Below the pieces are notes generated by a model, which was not told the origin of the DNA, ran no database searches, and saw nothing but the letters and a program-made list of their open reading frames with translations. Positions 47,103 to 55,740 of a DNA stretch of 64,000 nt are shown here, one piece after another (position 1 is the first letter of the stretch; each line of letters starts with the position of its first letter). Location of the stretch: contig PFBV01000002.1 in NCBI GenBank assembly GCA_002778465.1, positions 2,312 through 66,311 on the forward strand, written 5' to 3'. Made by a program: the position numbers and the translations under genes. Source of the stretch: Candidatus Magasanikbacteria bacterium CG10_big_fil_rev_8_21_14_0_10_36_32. Its GTDB lineage: Bacteria > Patescibacteriota > Patescibacteriia > Magasanikbacterales > GWA2-37-8.

Positions 47103-47131
47103 CGCCAGCTGTTTTTAACAGCTGGCTTTTT
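47103..47131 (+). terminator. rho-independent terminator
   Basis: GCCAGCTG-TTTTTA-ACAGCTGGC followed by TTTTT. Confidence 0.6.
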
Positions 47132-47158
47132 AAATACCCATTTAAACGGGTATTTAAA
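47128..47158. repeat. palindromic element TTTAAATACCCATTTAAACGGGTATTTAAA (copy 1)
   Basis: 11-bp arms. A near-identical perfect 30-bp palindrome sits at 61888-61917, and a related one at 20450-20478. Confidence 0.5.
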
Positions 47159-47221
47159 TACGAGATGATTTGTTCAGTGTTTGACTTTTCAATTTATTTT
47201 TGCTATTATTATCCGAGAATT

Positions 47222-47273
47222 GGAGAGGTGGCTTCTGAGCTCCTGCCTGCCGGTAGGCAGGGGTCGAAAGCGG
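47222..47273 (+). pseudogene. duplicated tRNA-Ser 5' fragment (nt 1-12 and 18-29 of the tRNA) interrupted by a 20-bp palindrome
   Basis: GGAGAGGTGGCT and GGTCGAAAGCGG are identical to the intact tRNA-Ser at 47529. CCTGCCTGCCGGTAGGCAGG is inserted at the D-loop position. Confidence 0.55.
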
Positions 47274-47284
47274 TAATAAAATTT

Positions 47285-47527
47285 ATGTATTGCGTGTATT
47301 TTTTACAAAGTCTGAAAGATAAAGGTTTGTACATCGGAAAAACGAATAATATTAAACGTCGGTTATCTGAACACAACGCCGGTAAAGTTCAATCGACAAA
47401 AAGTAGAAAACCTTTTATTTTGTTGGGATTAGAAAAATACCAAACAGAAAAAGAATGTTTGGCGGCAGAATTAGAATGGAAAAAAGGATATAAACGCGAA
47501 CAATTAAAAGTTAGATATAGTCTATAA
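47285..47527 (+). CDS. small GIY-YIG nuclease-family protein (paralogue of 14865-15125)
   Basis: VYF...LYIGKT...RRLSEHNAGKV core. Shares the Y.L.S.KD..LY.G.T....R...HN.GKV..T..R.PF.L pattern with the other copy. Ends 1 nt before the tRNA-Ser. Confidence 0.65.
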   Translation: MYCVYFLQSLKDKGLYIGKTNNIKRRLSEHNAGKVQSTKSRKPFILLGLEKYQTEKECLAAELEWKKGYKREQLKVRYSL

Positions 47528-47528
47528 T

Positions 47529-47624
<96 letters not shown>

Positions 47625-47781
47625 GGACAATTTAGTATCGGATAGACCCGAGTAATGGTGAAGAATCCGTGATCCGACTGCCTAAAAAATTGTAATAAAA
47701 ACAACGATTTTCTGGTCGCTGTTTTTTTAATAAAAAATAGGTTCTTCAATAAGGTGAATATTTGAGTTATAATATAAGCAA

Positions 47782-47967
47782 ATGAACTGCCCCGATATGA
47801 AGAATAAACTTTTATACTGTATCCCAAAAATTCTAGCAATACTGCTGGGGATATTTTTTATCATTTTCGGTGAATTTGATGATAGTCCCGGAGCGCAACT
47901 ATTAGGTGTGGTATTAGTTGTGATCGGTATTGTTAGTATATTTAAAAACAATAAAAAATCTGCATGA
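47782..47967 (+). CDS. possible small membrane protein
   Basis: 61 aa with one strong TM helix. No clear Shine-Dalgarno sequence. Confidence 0.3.
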   Translation: MNCPDMKNKLLYCIPKILAILLGIFFIIFGEFDDSPGAQLLGVVLVVIGIVSIFKNNKKSA

Positions 47968-48003
47968 AATTTTTTAACCAAGATTTTATTTAACGGGGTA
48001 AAT

Positions 48004-49569
48004 ATGAATAATCATTTAAAATCAATTTTAAAAATCCTGTTAATCGTTTTGTCCTACACTTTCATCATCTGCATTTTTTCCAACAGCTATGACTATGATT
48101 TAGGCTGGCATTTGAGATTTGGCAAAGAATTTTGGGAAAGTTTGAAATTTTCTTTTACCGACACTTACACTTGGCAACATTTTGGACAGTTTTGGACAAA
48201 TCATGAATGGGGAGGTGATTTATTGTTTTGGCCGATTTACAACGATCTTTCTTATTTTGGCTTAATTTTATTAGTCGCTTTGTCGCCGTTGGCGGCGTTT
48301 TTAATTGTTTTGAAAATTTTTCAGCCGCGATGGACGATAGCCGGATTGATTTTAATTTTTGTTTTTTTATGGACAATGCCGCATATCCTGATTTTGCGTT
48401 TGGCAATGTTAACGCCGTTATTTTTGGCAATTCTTTGGTATTTTTTGGAAAAATTTCCTAAGCAAAATAATTATTTTTTTTGGCCGTTGGTATTATGGTT
48501 TTGGTCAATTTTGCATGGCAGTTGGATTTTAGGTTTTATTGTGATTGGTATTTATAGTTTTGGAAATATTTTAAATTTGGTGGCGAAAAAATATTGCCCG
48601 CGTTTTCATAATCCAAAATTATGGTCAATTAAAGATATTCGGAATGCTATTGTTTGGACTTTGATTTCCGCCGGCGTGATTTGCATTAATCCTTATGGTT
48701 GGCATATTTGGCAAGAAGTTATAAATTATTTTTCTTTGTCATTTTACAAATTGCATATCTTGGAATGGGTGCCGAGTTATGTTTATCCGATTTATTGGAA
48801 ACCGCTGTTTATTATGGGCGCCGGCATTCCGTTGGCAGTTTGGGGTTTTGTTAAAAAAAGAGTGACTTTACCGCAAATTCTCTTATTCGCCGCTCTTTGG
48901 TTGGCCGCTTGGCAATATAAACGGCAGGCGATTTTATTTTTATTGGTTTGTCTGTCGTTGTTTTCAGGTTGTTGGGAAATAGTAAAATCAAGGTTATTAA
49001 ATCGTTTTACAATCAAAGTTGTTTATTTTTTTCCGATTATTGCCGTGTTTTTATTAATCGTCGGTTATTTAATCAGGATTGATTGGACAAAAGATATTTG
49101 GAATAATCAAAGTTTATTATCTGCTAACACCATGCCGGTTGAAGCGGTTGAATTTTTGAAGGAACGAACTGTCGGACACACAACTTTTGTATTTAATGAA
49201 TTCAGCTGGGGCGGATATATGAATTGGACATGGCCGGAGGGGTTGGTTTTTTTTGACGGTCGTGGCGCCGCCACTTGGATGTATGATAAAAAAACAACAA
49301 TGACTGAAAAATATTTTAATATTAAATATGAAGCCGGCGGATTTGAATTTTTAGAAGCTTCTCCGGCTGAATATATCATACTCAGTAAAGATGTTATCGC
49401 TTATCCGCCACCGGATAAATTAAACCGGTTGTTTTTTGGACAAAAAGATTTGGATAAAATTTTAAAACCCGCTTCGCCACAGCTTCAGCAAATGCTTGAC
49501 CGGAGCCAAAGTTGGCAAAATATCTATGAAGATGAAGTTTGTAATGTTTGGCAACGGTTCAGCCGATAA
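48004..49569 (+). CDS. polytopic membrane protein (possible GT-C-like glycosyltransferase)
   Basis: At least 10 TM helices. A DYD motif in the first loop. Confidence 0.45.
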   Translation: MNNHLKSILKILLIVLSYTFIICIFSNSYDYDLGWHLRFGKEFWESLKFSFTDTYTWQHFGQFWTNHEWGGDLLFWPIYNDLSYFGLILLVALSPLAAFLIVLKIFQPRWTIAGLILIFVFLWTMPHILILRLAMLTPLFLAILWYFLEKFPKQNNYFFWPLVLWFWSILHGSWILGFIVIGIYSFGNILNLVAKKYCPRFHNPKLWSIKDIRNAIVWTLISAGVICINPYGWHIWQEVINYFSLSFYKLHILEWVPSYVYPIYWKPLFIMGAGIPLAVWGFVKKRVTLPQILLFAALWLAAWQYKRQAILFLLVCLSLFSGCWEIVKSRLLNRFTIKVVYFFPIIAVFLLIVGYLIRIDWTKDIWNNQSLLSANTMPVEAVEFLKERTVGHTTFVFNEFSWGGYMNWTWPEGLVFFDGRGAATWMYDKKTTMTEKYFNIKYEAGGFEFLEASPAEYIILSKDVIAYPPPDKLNRLFFGQKDLDKILKPASPQLQQMLDRSQSWQNIYEDEVCNVWQRFSR

Positions 49570-49627
49570 AAACAAATTAGTCATTTTAACGTAAAAATAG
49601 TATAATATATGTATAATTATACTATTT

Positions 49628-50293
49628 ATGAAAAAAATCCTGTTTTTATTTGTTGTTTTAACGCTTTGTCTTGCTGGAACAGTTGATGCTCATCAACCAA
49701 GATTGGTATTTGGCGGGAATGTTGTTGATATTAAAAATCCTGAAATATCCCAAGCATTTTACAGCGAGTTAAAAGGAGAGCCGGCTTATTATCAGATAAA
49801 ATCCGATGATTATTTTGATTTTTATGCCAACCTTTTAGTGCCGAACATTAAAGAAATAAAAACTGATGTTTCAGCCGAAGTGACCGATGAAAATGGGGCA
49901 ATAATATTTTTTTTGGATGGTCCAGAACAAAAAGAATGGAAATCTTTTTATGAACCGTTTGCCGGCGATTCATATTTAAAAGGTCCTGAAGCAAAAGTGC
50001 CCGAGGGAGAAAAAATGCTGCCGGGAAATTATCAGATAAAAGTATTCAGTTCTAACAATAATAGCAAGTATGTGTTAGTGGTGGGGGAGAAAGAAAGTTT
50101 TCCTATTACAGAAATTATCAATATGGTTAAAGTGTTGCCAATTTTAAAATCAGATTTTTTTGGAAAACCGCCGTTGTTCGCTTTTTTTAATTTAACCGGA
50201 TTGGTTTTACTGGTTCCATTTGTGGTTTTATTTGGATTGGCGATGGTCGCGATTTTGAAGATAAAAAAACAAAAAAGAAAAAAAGTGGTATAA
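49628..50293 (+). CDS. secreted protein with signal peptide and C-terminal TM anchor plus basic tail
   Basis: N-terminal signal peptide. C-terminal LVLLVPFVVLFGLAMVAILKIKKQKRKK. Confidence 0.5.
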   Translation: MKKILFLFVVLTLCLAGTVDAHQPRLVFGGNVVDIKNPEISQAFYSELKGEPAYYQIKSDDYFDFYANLLVPNIKEIKTDVSAEVTDENGAIIFFLDGPEQKEWKSFYEPFAGDSYLKGPEAKVPEGEKMLPGNYQIKVFSSNNNSKYVLVVGEKESFPITEIINMVKVLPILKSDFFGKPPLFAFFNLTGLVLLVPFVVLFGLAMVAILKIKKQKRKKVV

Positions 50294-50337
50294 TATATTA
50301 AAGTTTTTAAACTTAATAAATTATAAGTTAATTAAGT

Positions 50338-50787
50338 ATGTTAGATGAATCGAAAAAATTTGATTTGCCGGTCGGCATGGGTGATGATATTGATGAAGAT
50401 TTAATGATTTTTTCGTCTTTGAAAAAAGCCGCCGAGTCGGCTGTTTTAGAAGATGGAGATGAGGGGCAATTAACCGTTGATGTGGCGGAAACCGAAACAG
50501 AACTGATTATTGTTTCAACCATGGCCGGAACACCGAAAGATAAAGTTGAATTGCATTTGAACAATGATTTATTGACCATTAAAGGAGAACGAACTCCGCC
50601 GATTTCATCGGAAGCCGCTTATCATTACCATGAATGTTATTGGGGGAAATTTTCCCGCAGTATTGTTTTGCCGGTTGATGTCAGAGCGGATTTGGCCATC
50701 GCTGAATATAAAAACGGCTTGTTGATTGTCCGTCTGCCAAAAATTAAAACTGATCAGTCAATTCCGGTATATATAATAGAAGAGTAA
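50338..50787 (+). CDS. Hsp20/alpha-crystallin small heat-shock protein
   Basis: Alpha-crystallin domain pattern ...LTVDVAETETELIIV...LPGNKLD...GLLIVRLPK. Confidence 0.8.
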   Translation: MLDESKKFDLPVGMGDDIDEDLMIFSSLKKAAESAVLEDGDEGQLTVDVAETETELIIVSTMAGTPKDKVELHLNNDLLTIKGERTPPISSEAAYHYHECYWGKFSRSIVLPVDVRADLAIAEYKNGLLIVRLPKIKTDQSIPVYIIEE

Positions 50788-50799
50788 ATTTGATAAAAT

Positions 50800-52797
50800 A
50801 TGGCCGAAGGTGCAATTAAAAAAATCGCGGAAAAAATACAGCTTATTCCAGCCAGGAAAAATAATTGGAAAACCGTCGTAATAATATTGGCGGTTGTTTT
50901 TGGTTTATTGGCGGTTGTGTTCGGCGTATCAGTCGTTTATTCCAAAACATACGTTGGAAAAGTTTATCCCGGAATTTATCTTGGGCATTATGATTTGTCA
51001 GGTTGGACAGCCGATGATGTAAAAAAGTTTGTTGATAGTTTTAGCCGACGTTTATCTCAGGAAGGATTGGTTTATATGTTTGAGCAAAACGGGCAATCGC
51101 AAAGAGTAGCGGTTAATCCGGCGCTTATTTCCAGCGAAGCGGCCATTGAAACGATTTTTTTAAGCAATAAAGAATTTGCCGGTGAAATTTTAAATATTGG
51201 CAGGGGAGAATCTTTTTGGTTTAAAAAAATGTGGCTGCCGTTGTGGTATAGAATAAAAACGATTCATTTGTCTTTGCCGGTGAAAATTGACCGTCAGAAT
51301 TTTCAAGGGATTATAGAAAACGCGTTAGAGGGATATGTGATTGAACCGCGTGACGCCAATATTCATTTGAGCAGTATTAATCCGTTGGCTTATGAGCTGA
51401 CTTTAGAACAATCAGGTGAAGTTTTTGATTATGAACAAATTATAGATGATACAGTTCAAAAATTATCTGAGCCGTCGCTGGAATCAATCGTTATTTCAAA
51501 ACGGTTGGTTATTCCATCGGTGACAAAAAAAGATTTAGCGGCAGCTGAAGAAAATATTTTAAGGGCGTTTAATTTTGGTCCGGCGATATTATCCCATACC
51601 GATACCGATGCCAAAGAAACTCAAGTTTGGTCGGTTGGTCCGGAATTATTGGTAAAATGGTTAAAACCTGTTTATGATTCCACCGGGAAAATTAAGTTGG
51701 AATTAAAAGAAAAAGAAGTGGGTCAATATTTGGAAAATTTGAGGGTGATTGTTGATCAGCCGGCTGAGGATGCTAAATTTTCAATGGAAAATGGCAAGGT
51801 GAGTGAATTTAAAAATGGTCATTCCGGACGCAGTTTGAATGTGGCTAAAACTTACGGTGAATTAAATAATTTATTTATCAAAATAAGCCAAGGAGAAAAT
51901 GTTGATAAAACAGTTATTAATTTAGCGGTTGACCAAACCGAACCGAAATTGAAATTATCCGATATTAATGATTATGGAATTACCGGAATATTCGGCGTTG
52001 GTACTTCAACTTTTTATGATAGTCATAATAACCGCATTAAAAATATTGCCAACGCAGTTGAACGGTTGAATGGTATAATTATCAAGCCGGGGGAAGAATT
52101 TTCTTCTATTAAATATGCCGGTTCATTTACTGAAGAAAATGGATTTTTACCGGAAGAAATAATCAAAGGCAATAAAATTATTAAAGAAGTCGGAGGAGGA
52201 ATGTGTCAGATTGGCACCACTTTGTTCAGAATGGCCATGAATTCCGGTATGCCGATTACAGAACGAACCAATCATTCTTTGGTGGTTGGTTATTATGCAG
52301 ATCCAATTAATGGAAATCCGGGTACGGACGCTACTTTGTATGAACCAATTTTGGATTTTAAATTTATGAATGATACCGGCGGTTATTTGTTGTTGCAAAC
52401 GGAAATTAATTATAAAAAACAAATGTTGATTTTTACTTTGTGGGGAACACCTGATGGTCGTTCTGGATTTTATAGCCGTCCGATAGTGAGTAAATGGATT
52501 CCAGCCGGTTTGCCGCAAGAAATAAAAACAACCACTTTAAAACCTGGTGAGACAAAATGTCAAAATGCATTTCGTGGCGCGAACGCCAGTTTTACATATA
52601 CTCGGTTTAATCAATCGGGTGAAAAAATTGAACGGGTATTTTCCAGTTATTACCGTCCGTTGCCAAAAATGTGTATGACTGGCATTAGTCCGAATGAATG
52701 CCCTGACGGAAAAACAACTTGTGATATTATTGTTAAAAATACAGCCACCAGTACGCCTTCGGCCACACCGAATTCTCAACCTCTTTTAGCTGACTAG
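50800..52797 (+). CDS. VanW-domain protein, membrane-anchored
   Basis: N-terminal TM helix. VanW core ...VGGGMCQIGTTLFRMAMNSGMPITERTNHS. Confidence 0.7.
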   Translation: MAEGAIKKIAEKIQLIPARKNNWKTVVIILAVVFGLLAVVFGVSVVYSKTYVGKVYPGIYLGHYDLSGWTADDVKKFVDSFSRRLSQEGLVYMFEQNGQSQRVAVNPALISSEAAIETIFLSNKEFAGEILNIGRGESFWFKKMWLPLWYRIKTIHLSLPVKIDRQNFQGIIENALEGYVIEPRDANIHLSSINPLAYELTLEQSGEVFDYEQIIDDTVQKLSEPSLESIVISKRLVIPSVTKKDLAAAEENILRAFNFGPAILSHTDTDAKETQVWSVGPELLVKWLKPVYDSTGKIKLELKEKEVGQYLENLRVIVDQPAEDAKFSMENGKVSEFKNGHSGRSLNVAKTYGELNNLFIKISQGENVDKTVINLAVDQTEPKLKLSDINDYGITGIFGVGTSTFYDSHNNRIKNIANAVERLNGIIIKPGEEFSSIKYAGSFTEENGFLPEEIIKGNKIIKEVGGGMCQIGTTLFRMAMNSGMPITERTNHSLVVGYYADPINGNPGTDATLYEPILDFKFMNDTGGYLLLQTEINYKKQMLIFTLWGTPDGRSGFYSRPIVSKWIPAGLPQEIKTTTLKPGETKCQNAFRGANASFTYTRFNQSGEKIERVFSSYYRPLPKMCMTGISPNECPDGKTTCDIIVKNTATSTPSATPNSQPLLAD

Positions 52798-52831
52798 CTG
52801 TGTTGGCAGGATAATTTAAACTAAAAAACAA

Positions 52832-52864
52832 ACCACCCCGCATTATTTTGCGGGGTGGTTTAAT
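52832..52864 (+). terminator. rho-independent terminator
   Basis: ACCACCCCGC-ATTATTTT-GCGGGGTGGT followed by a T-run. Confidence 0.65.
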
Positions 52865-53096
52865 TGATATTGGGGGAATGAACCCCCTAGAGTTCCGTAT
52901 TCAAGAAGATGTGTCAAAGGTGGAGATAAGCCGTGGCCTATGCAGACCGTTAACACATCCCCATGCTTGTGGTGAATACGGGAAATTGCTCGTTTTTTCT
53001 CGTTAAAAGGGGCAATTTCTCGTATTCTTACAGCATTGGATGTCCGTAGATTTTCAAACAACAAAGTATTGTATCACATCTAAATCATTTTGTCAA

Positions 53097-53211
53097 CCCC
53101 GTTAGAAAAGCCAATTGAAAAATTTTAGTAATCTTAGCCTAAAAATTGAATAATACCCTGTGGATAAACCTTTAGAAAAGCATCTTTTCGTGGAATAATT
53201 TTCTAACGGGG
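53097..53211. mobile_element. ORF-less miniature element bounded by inverted repeats CCCCGTTAGAAAA / TTTTCTAACGGGG (MITE-like relative of the GIY-YIG cassette repeats)
   Basis: The 13-bp arms share the 10-nt core CCCCGTTAGA with the repeats flanking the GIY-YIG gene at 14848/15109. The ~90-nt interior has no ORF. Confidence 0.45.
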
Positions 53212-53221
53212 TCAAGCCCGA

Positions 53222-53241
53222 CCTGCCTGCCGGCAGGCAGG
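53222..53241. repeat. perfect 20-bp palindrome CCTGCCTGCCGGCAGGCAGG
   Basis: One-mismatch copy at 47242-47261, inside the tRNA-Ser 5' fragment next to the second GIY-YIG gene. Confidence 0.55.
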
Positions 53242-53424
53242 CGTAAAAAAGTCGGGGTCCCGACCCCCCAAAGGGGCGTCGGGAGGGATCAATTTAGTCA
53301 TTTTTTGGTTTAAACTGGGGAAAAATATTATTTTTGGCTAATGTTAGGGTTAAAATCTGTATTATCCGTATTTTGTTTATTAATTCAAGTCAATGTGTTA
53401 ATTTTATTTATTTTTATTTCAGAA

Positions 53425-53456
53425 TAAAACAAAAACCCCGCATTTACGGGGTTTGA
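53425..53456 (-). terminator. rho-independent terminator for the minus-strand small gene
   Basis: AAACCCCG-CATTTAC-GGGGTTT with the T-run on the minus strand. Confidence 0.55.
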
Positions 53457-53473
53457 AGAACAATAAAGGTATT

Positions 53474-53680
53474 TTATTTGCGATTGTGTATGATGTTATA
53501 GAAAAATTCAGCGCTGACTGCGCCAAGGGCTATACCAAACAGAATACCAATCGCGCCCAATGAATTTTTGAATAAGAATCCGATGACTCCTCCGGCCACA
53601 GCTCCAATGAGCATAATTGATTTGTCCAACATTATTTGTCTCCTTGGTTTTGGTTGCGTATTAAAAAGAACATTGTTCAA
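53474..53680 (-). CDS. small Gly-rich two-TM protein, GlsB/YeaQ/YmgE (transglycosylase-associated) family-like
   Basis: 68 aa. GAVAGGVIGFLF...GAIGILFGIALGAV GxxxG-rich helices. Confidence 0.45.
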   Translation of the reverse strand: MNNVLFNTQPKPRRQIMLDKSIMLIGAVAGGVIGFLFKNSLGAIGILFGIALGAVSAEFFYNIIHNRK

Positions 53681-53719
53681 AAGATAGCATTTTTATATAG
53701 ATGTGTCAATTATAGATAA

Positions 53720-53753
53720 AAACAAAAAACCACTCCGTTTACTGAGTGGTTTT
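53720..53753 (-). terminator. rho-independent terminator downstream of clpP
   Basis: ACCACTC-CGTTTACT-GAGTGGT with a T-run on the minus strand. Confidence 0.55.
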
Positions 53754-53763
53754 AATTTGAATC

Positions 53764-54387
53764 TTACTCAATAATTTTATCTATCAAACCGTATTTTTTA
53801 GCTTCAGTCGGATTGATGAAATAATCACGGTCAGTATCTTTTTCAATTGTCGGCATCGGCTGTCCGGTATGTTTGGCTAAAATTTTATTCAAACGATCTT
53901 TCATTTTAATAATTCTTTCCGCATGGATTTTAATGTCGCTGGCTTGACCTTCCATCCCACCCATCACTTGATGAATCATTACTTCGGCGTTTGGCAGAGC
54001 TAATCGTTTTCCTTTGGCGCCAGCGGCCAAAAGAACGGCGGCCATGCTGGCGGCCATACCGACACAAATTGTGCTGACATCGGATTTAAGAAATTGCATT
54101 GTGTCATAAATCGCCATGCCGGAAGTGACTGAACCGCCTGGAGAATTAATATATAGTTTAATGTCTTTGTCAGGATTTTGATTATCCAAAAATAGCATTT
54201 GAGCGATAACTAAATTAGCCACCGCGTCATCAATCGGTCCACCAAGAAAAATAATTCTGTCTTGTAATAAACGGGAAAAAATATCAAACGACCGTTCGCC
54301 ATAGCTGGTTTTTTCCACCACGATAGGAACGAGATGTTGAGCTTGTGGCATTTTTTGGGAAATAGTTGTATTTTCTTCTTGTGTCAT
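53764..54387 (-). CDS. clpP: ATP-dependent Clp protease proteolytic subunit
   Basis: ...[20 protein letters not shown]...MIHQVMGG... Ser-His-Asp triad context. Confidence 0.9.
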   Translation of the reverse strand: MTQEENTTISQKMPQAQHLVPIVVEKTSYGERSFDIFSRLLQDRIIFLGGPIDDAVANLVIAQMLFLDNQNPDKDIKLYINSPGGSVTSGMAIYDTMQFLKSDVSTICVGMAASMAAVLLAAGAKGKRLALPNAEVMIHQVMGGMEGQASDIKIHAERIIKMKDRLNKILAKHTGQPMPTIEKDTDRDYFINPTEAKKYGLIDKIIE

Positions 54388-54428
54388 ACGTTTTTAATTT
54401 ATATTATAAGTTTAATTTTATATTATTT

Positions 54429-55388
54429 TTAATCCAAAGTCAAAATACGGTTTAAAACTTCTTCAATTGTTCCGTCGGCCGTAAATCCGGCAGCTTTTTT
54501 ATGTCCGCCGCCGCCAAGTTTTCTAGCAATGGACGATACATCCACTGTGTTGCCTGTTGTGCGAAGATTACCTTTTATTTTATTGTCTGGAATTTCTCTC
54601 AACATTAAAGCAATTTGCGTGTTGCTTAAAATATTTAAAAAATTAGAAATGCCGTCGCCGTCTTCTTCGGCCGCGCCGCATTTTTTAAAATCTTCCAAAG
54701 TTAAATAAGTGTGGGCTAAATCCATTTTTTCATTTTTAGTTAGACGAGCTAAAGCAATGCCCCACAGTTTTAAGGAATTGATGGTTTTTTCTTTTTGAGT
54801 GTAATAATAAATTAAATTGAAATTTGCGCCTAAACGAACCAAATCGCCGGCAATAGTGAAAGAATCGGGAGAAGTGCCGCCATTAGTGAAGTTGTCCGTA
54901 TCGGTGATTAAACCGGACAGAAGAGCGGTAGCCATAGACGGACTGATGCGAATGCGATTGTGTTGAAAAAATTGATAAAGAACTTCAGCGGTTGCAGCCG
55001 CTTTTTTCATTACCATATTATAATGGCCGTAATTTTCATTGGTAGCATGATGATCAATGTTGATTATCGTCGCCGGATGATTATGAATAAATTCAGCAAT
55101 GCCCGCATAATGTAAATCCCCGCAATCCATCACTACAATTAAATCAATTTTTCGGTCGTTGAATAATTCAGTATTATTTTCCAATTGTGGAAAATTCGGC
55201 AGGAATTTTAATCTTGGGCTGGCCGGTGTCACACAAAAAATAGTTGGCGAATGGCCAAGATTGGTTAAATGTTCCAATAAAGCGTTGGCTGAACCTAAAG
55301 TATCTCCATCCGGATGAGGGTGGGTGACAATTACGATTTTATTGGCTTTTTCCATTTCCTGTTGAATTTGTTTGGCTATGCGTTGCAT
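54429..55388 (-). CDS. nrnA: DHH-family phosphoesterase, NrnA-like (oligoribonuclease/pAp phosphatase)
   Basis: HPHPDGDTLGS, IDHHATN and the DHHA1 GGGH motif (GGGGHKKAAG). Confidence 0.75.
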   Translation of the reverse strand: MQRIAKQIQQEMEKANKIVIVTHPHPDGDTLGSANALLEHLTNLGHSPTIFCVTPASPRLKFLPNFPQLENNTELFNDRKIDLIVVMDCGDLHYAGIAEFIHNHPATIINIDHHATNENYGHYNMVMKKAAATAEVLYQFFQHNRIRISPSMATALLSGLITDTDNFTNGGTSPDSFTIAGDLVRLGANFNLIYYYTQKEKTINSLKLWGIALARLTKNEKMDLAHTYLTLEDFKKCGAAEEDGDGISNFLNILSNTQIALMLREIPDNKIKGNLRTTGNTVDVSSIARKLGGGGHKKAAGFTADGTIEEVLNRILTLD

Positions 55389-55740
55389 GATAAATGAAAG
55401 TCAAATGTCAAAATTCAAATGTCAAAACTTTGGTATCCGTATGGCGGATTATTTTTTATGATAAATTATCGTAAAACGACCCTGTAATTTTGATTTTTGA
55501 TTTTTGCATTTTGAGTTTAACAAATTATTATATCCCTCTTGTTCATTATTGTCAAGATATGTTATAATTATGGGTATAAAATGGCTGTTAGCAGCAAATA
55601 CAGGCGAGTAAAATTAACAAATAAATTTTTTATATTTTCACGCCAAAAAAGTTTATTTTGCCTGGTATTGTGAAGTTTTTTCAGTTTTAATAAAATTTTA
55701 TCCGCAAATTATCCTGCGGTCTCTGTTTTAGGGGTTTACT

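Noticed and set aside
50294-50337. Imperfect palindrome AAAGTTTTTAAACTT upstream of hsp20 as a CIRCE/HAIR-type heat-shock operator
   Set aside because: It does not match CIRCE (TTAGCACTC-N9-GAGTGCTAA) and is only a 6-bp AT-rich palindrome, likely chance.
52843-53064. 73-aa minus-strand ORF in the terminator-bounded intergenic region
   Set aside because: No start context or Shine-Dalgarno sequence. It overlaps GC-rich hairpins and a terminator stem, so it is more likely part of a non-coding or structured region.
52865-53300. tmRNA, RNase P RNA or SRP RNA in the GC-rich intergenic region
   Set aside because: The diagnostic motifs (tmRNA tRNA-like 3' end with tag ORF, RNase P P4 GGAAAGTCCGG-type, SRP GGAAGG domain IV) were not recognisable by eye. 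It is kept only as an unclassified ncRNA candidate.
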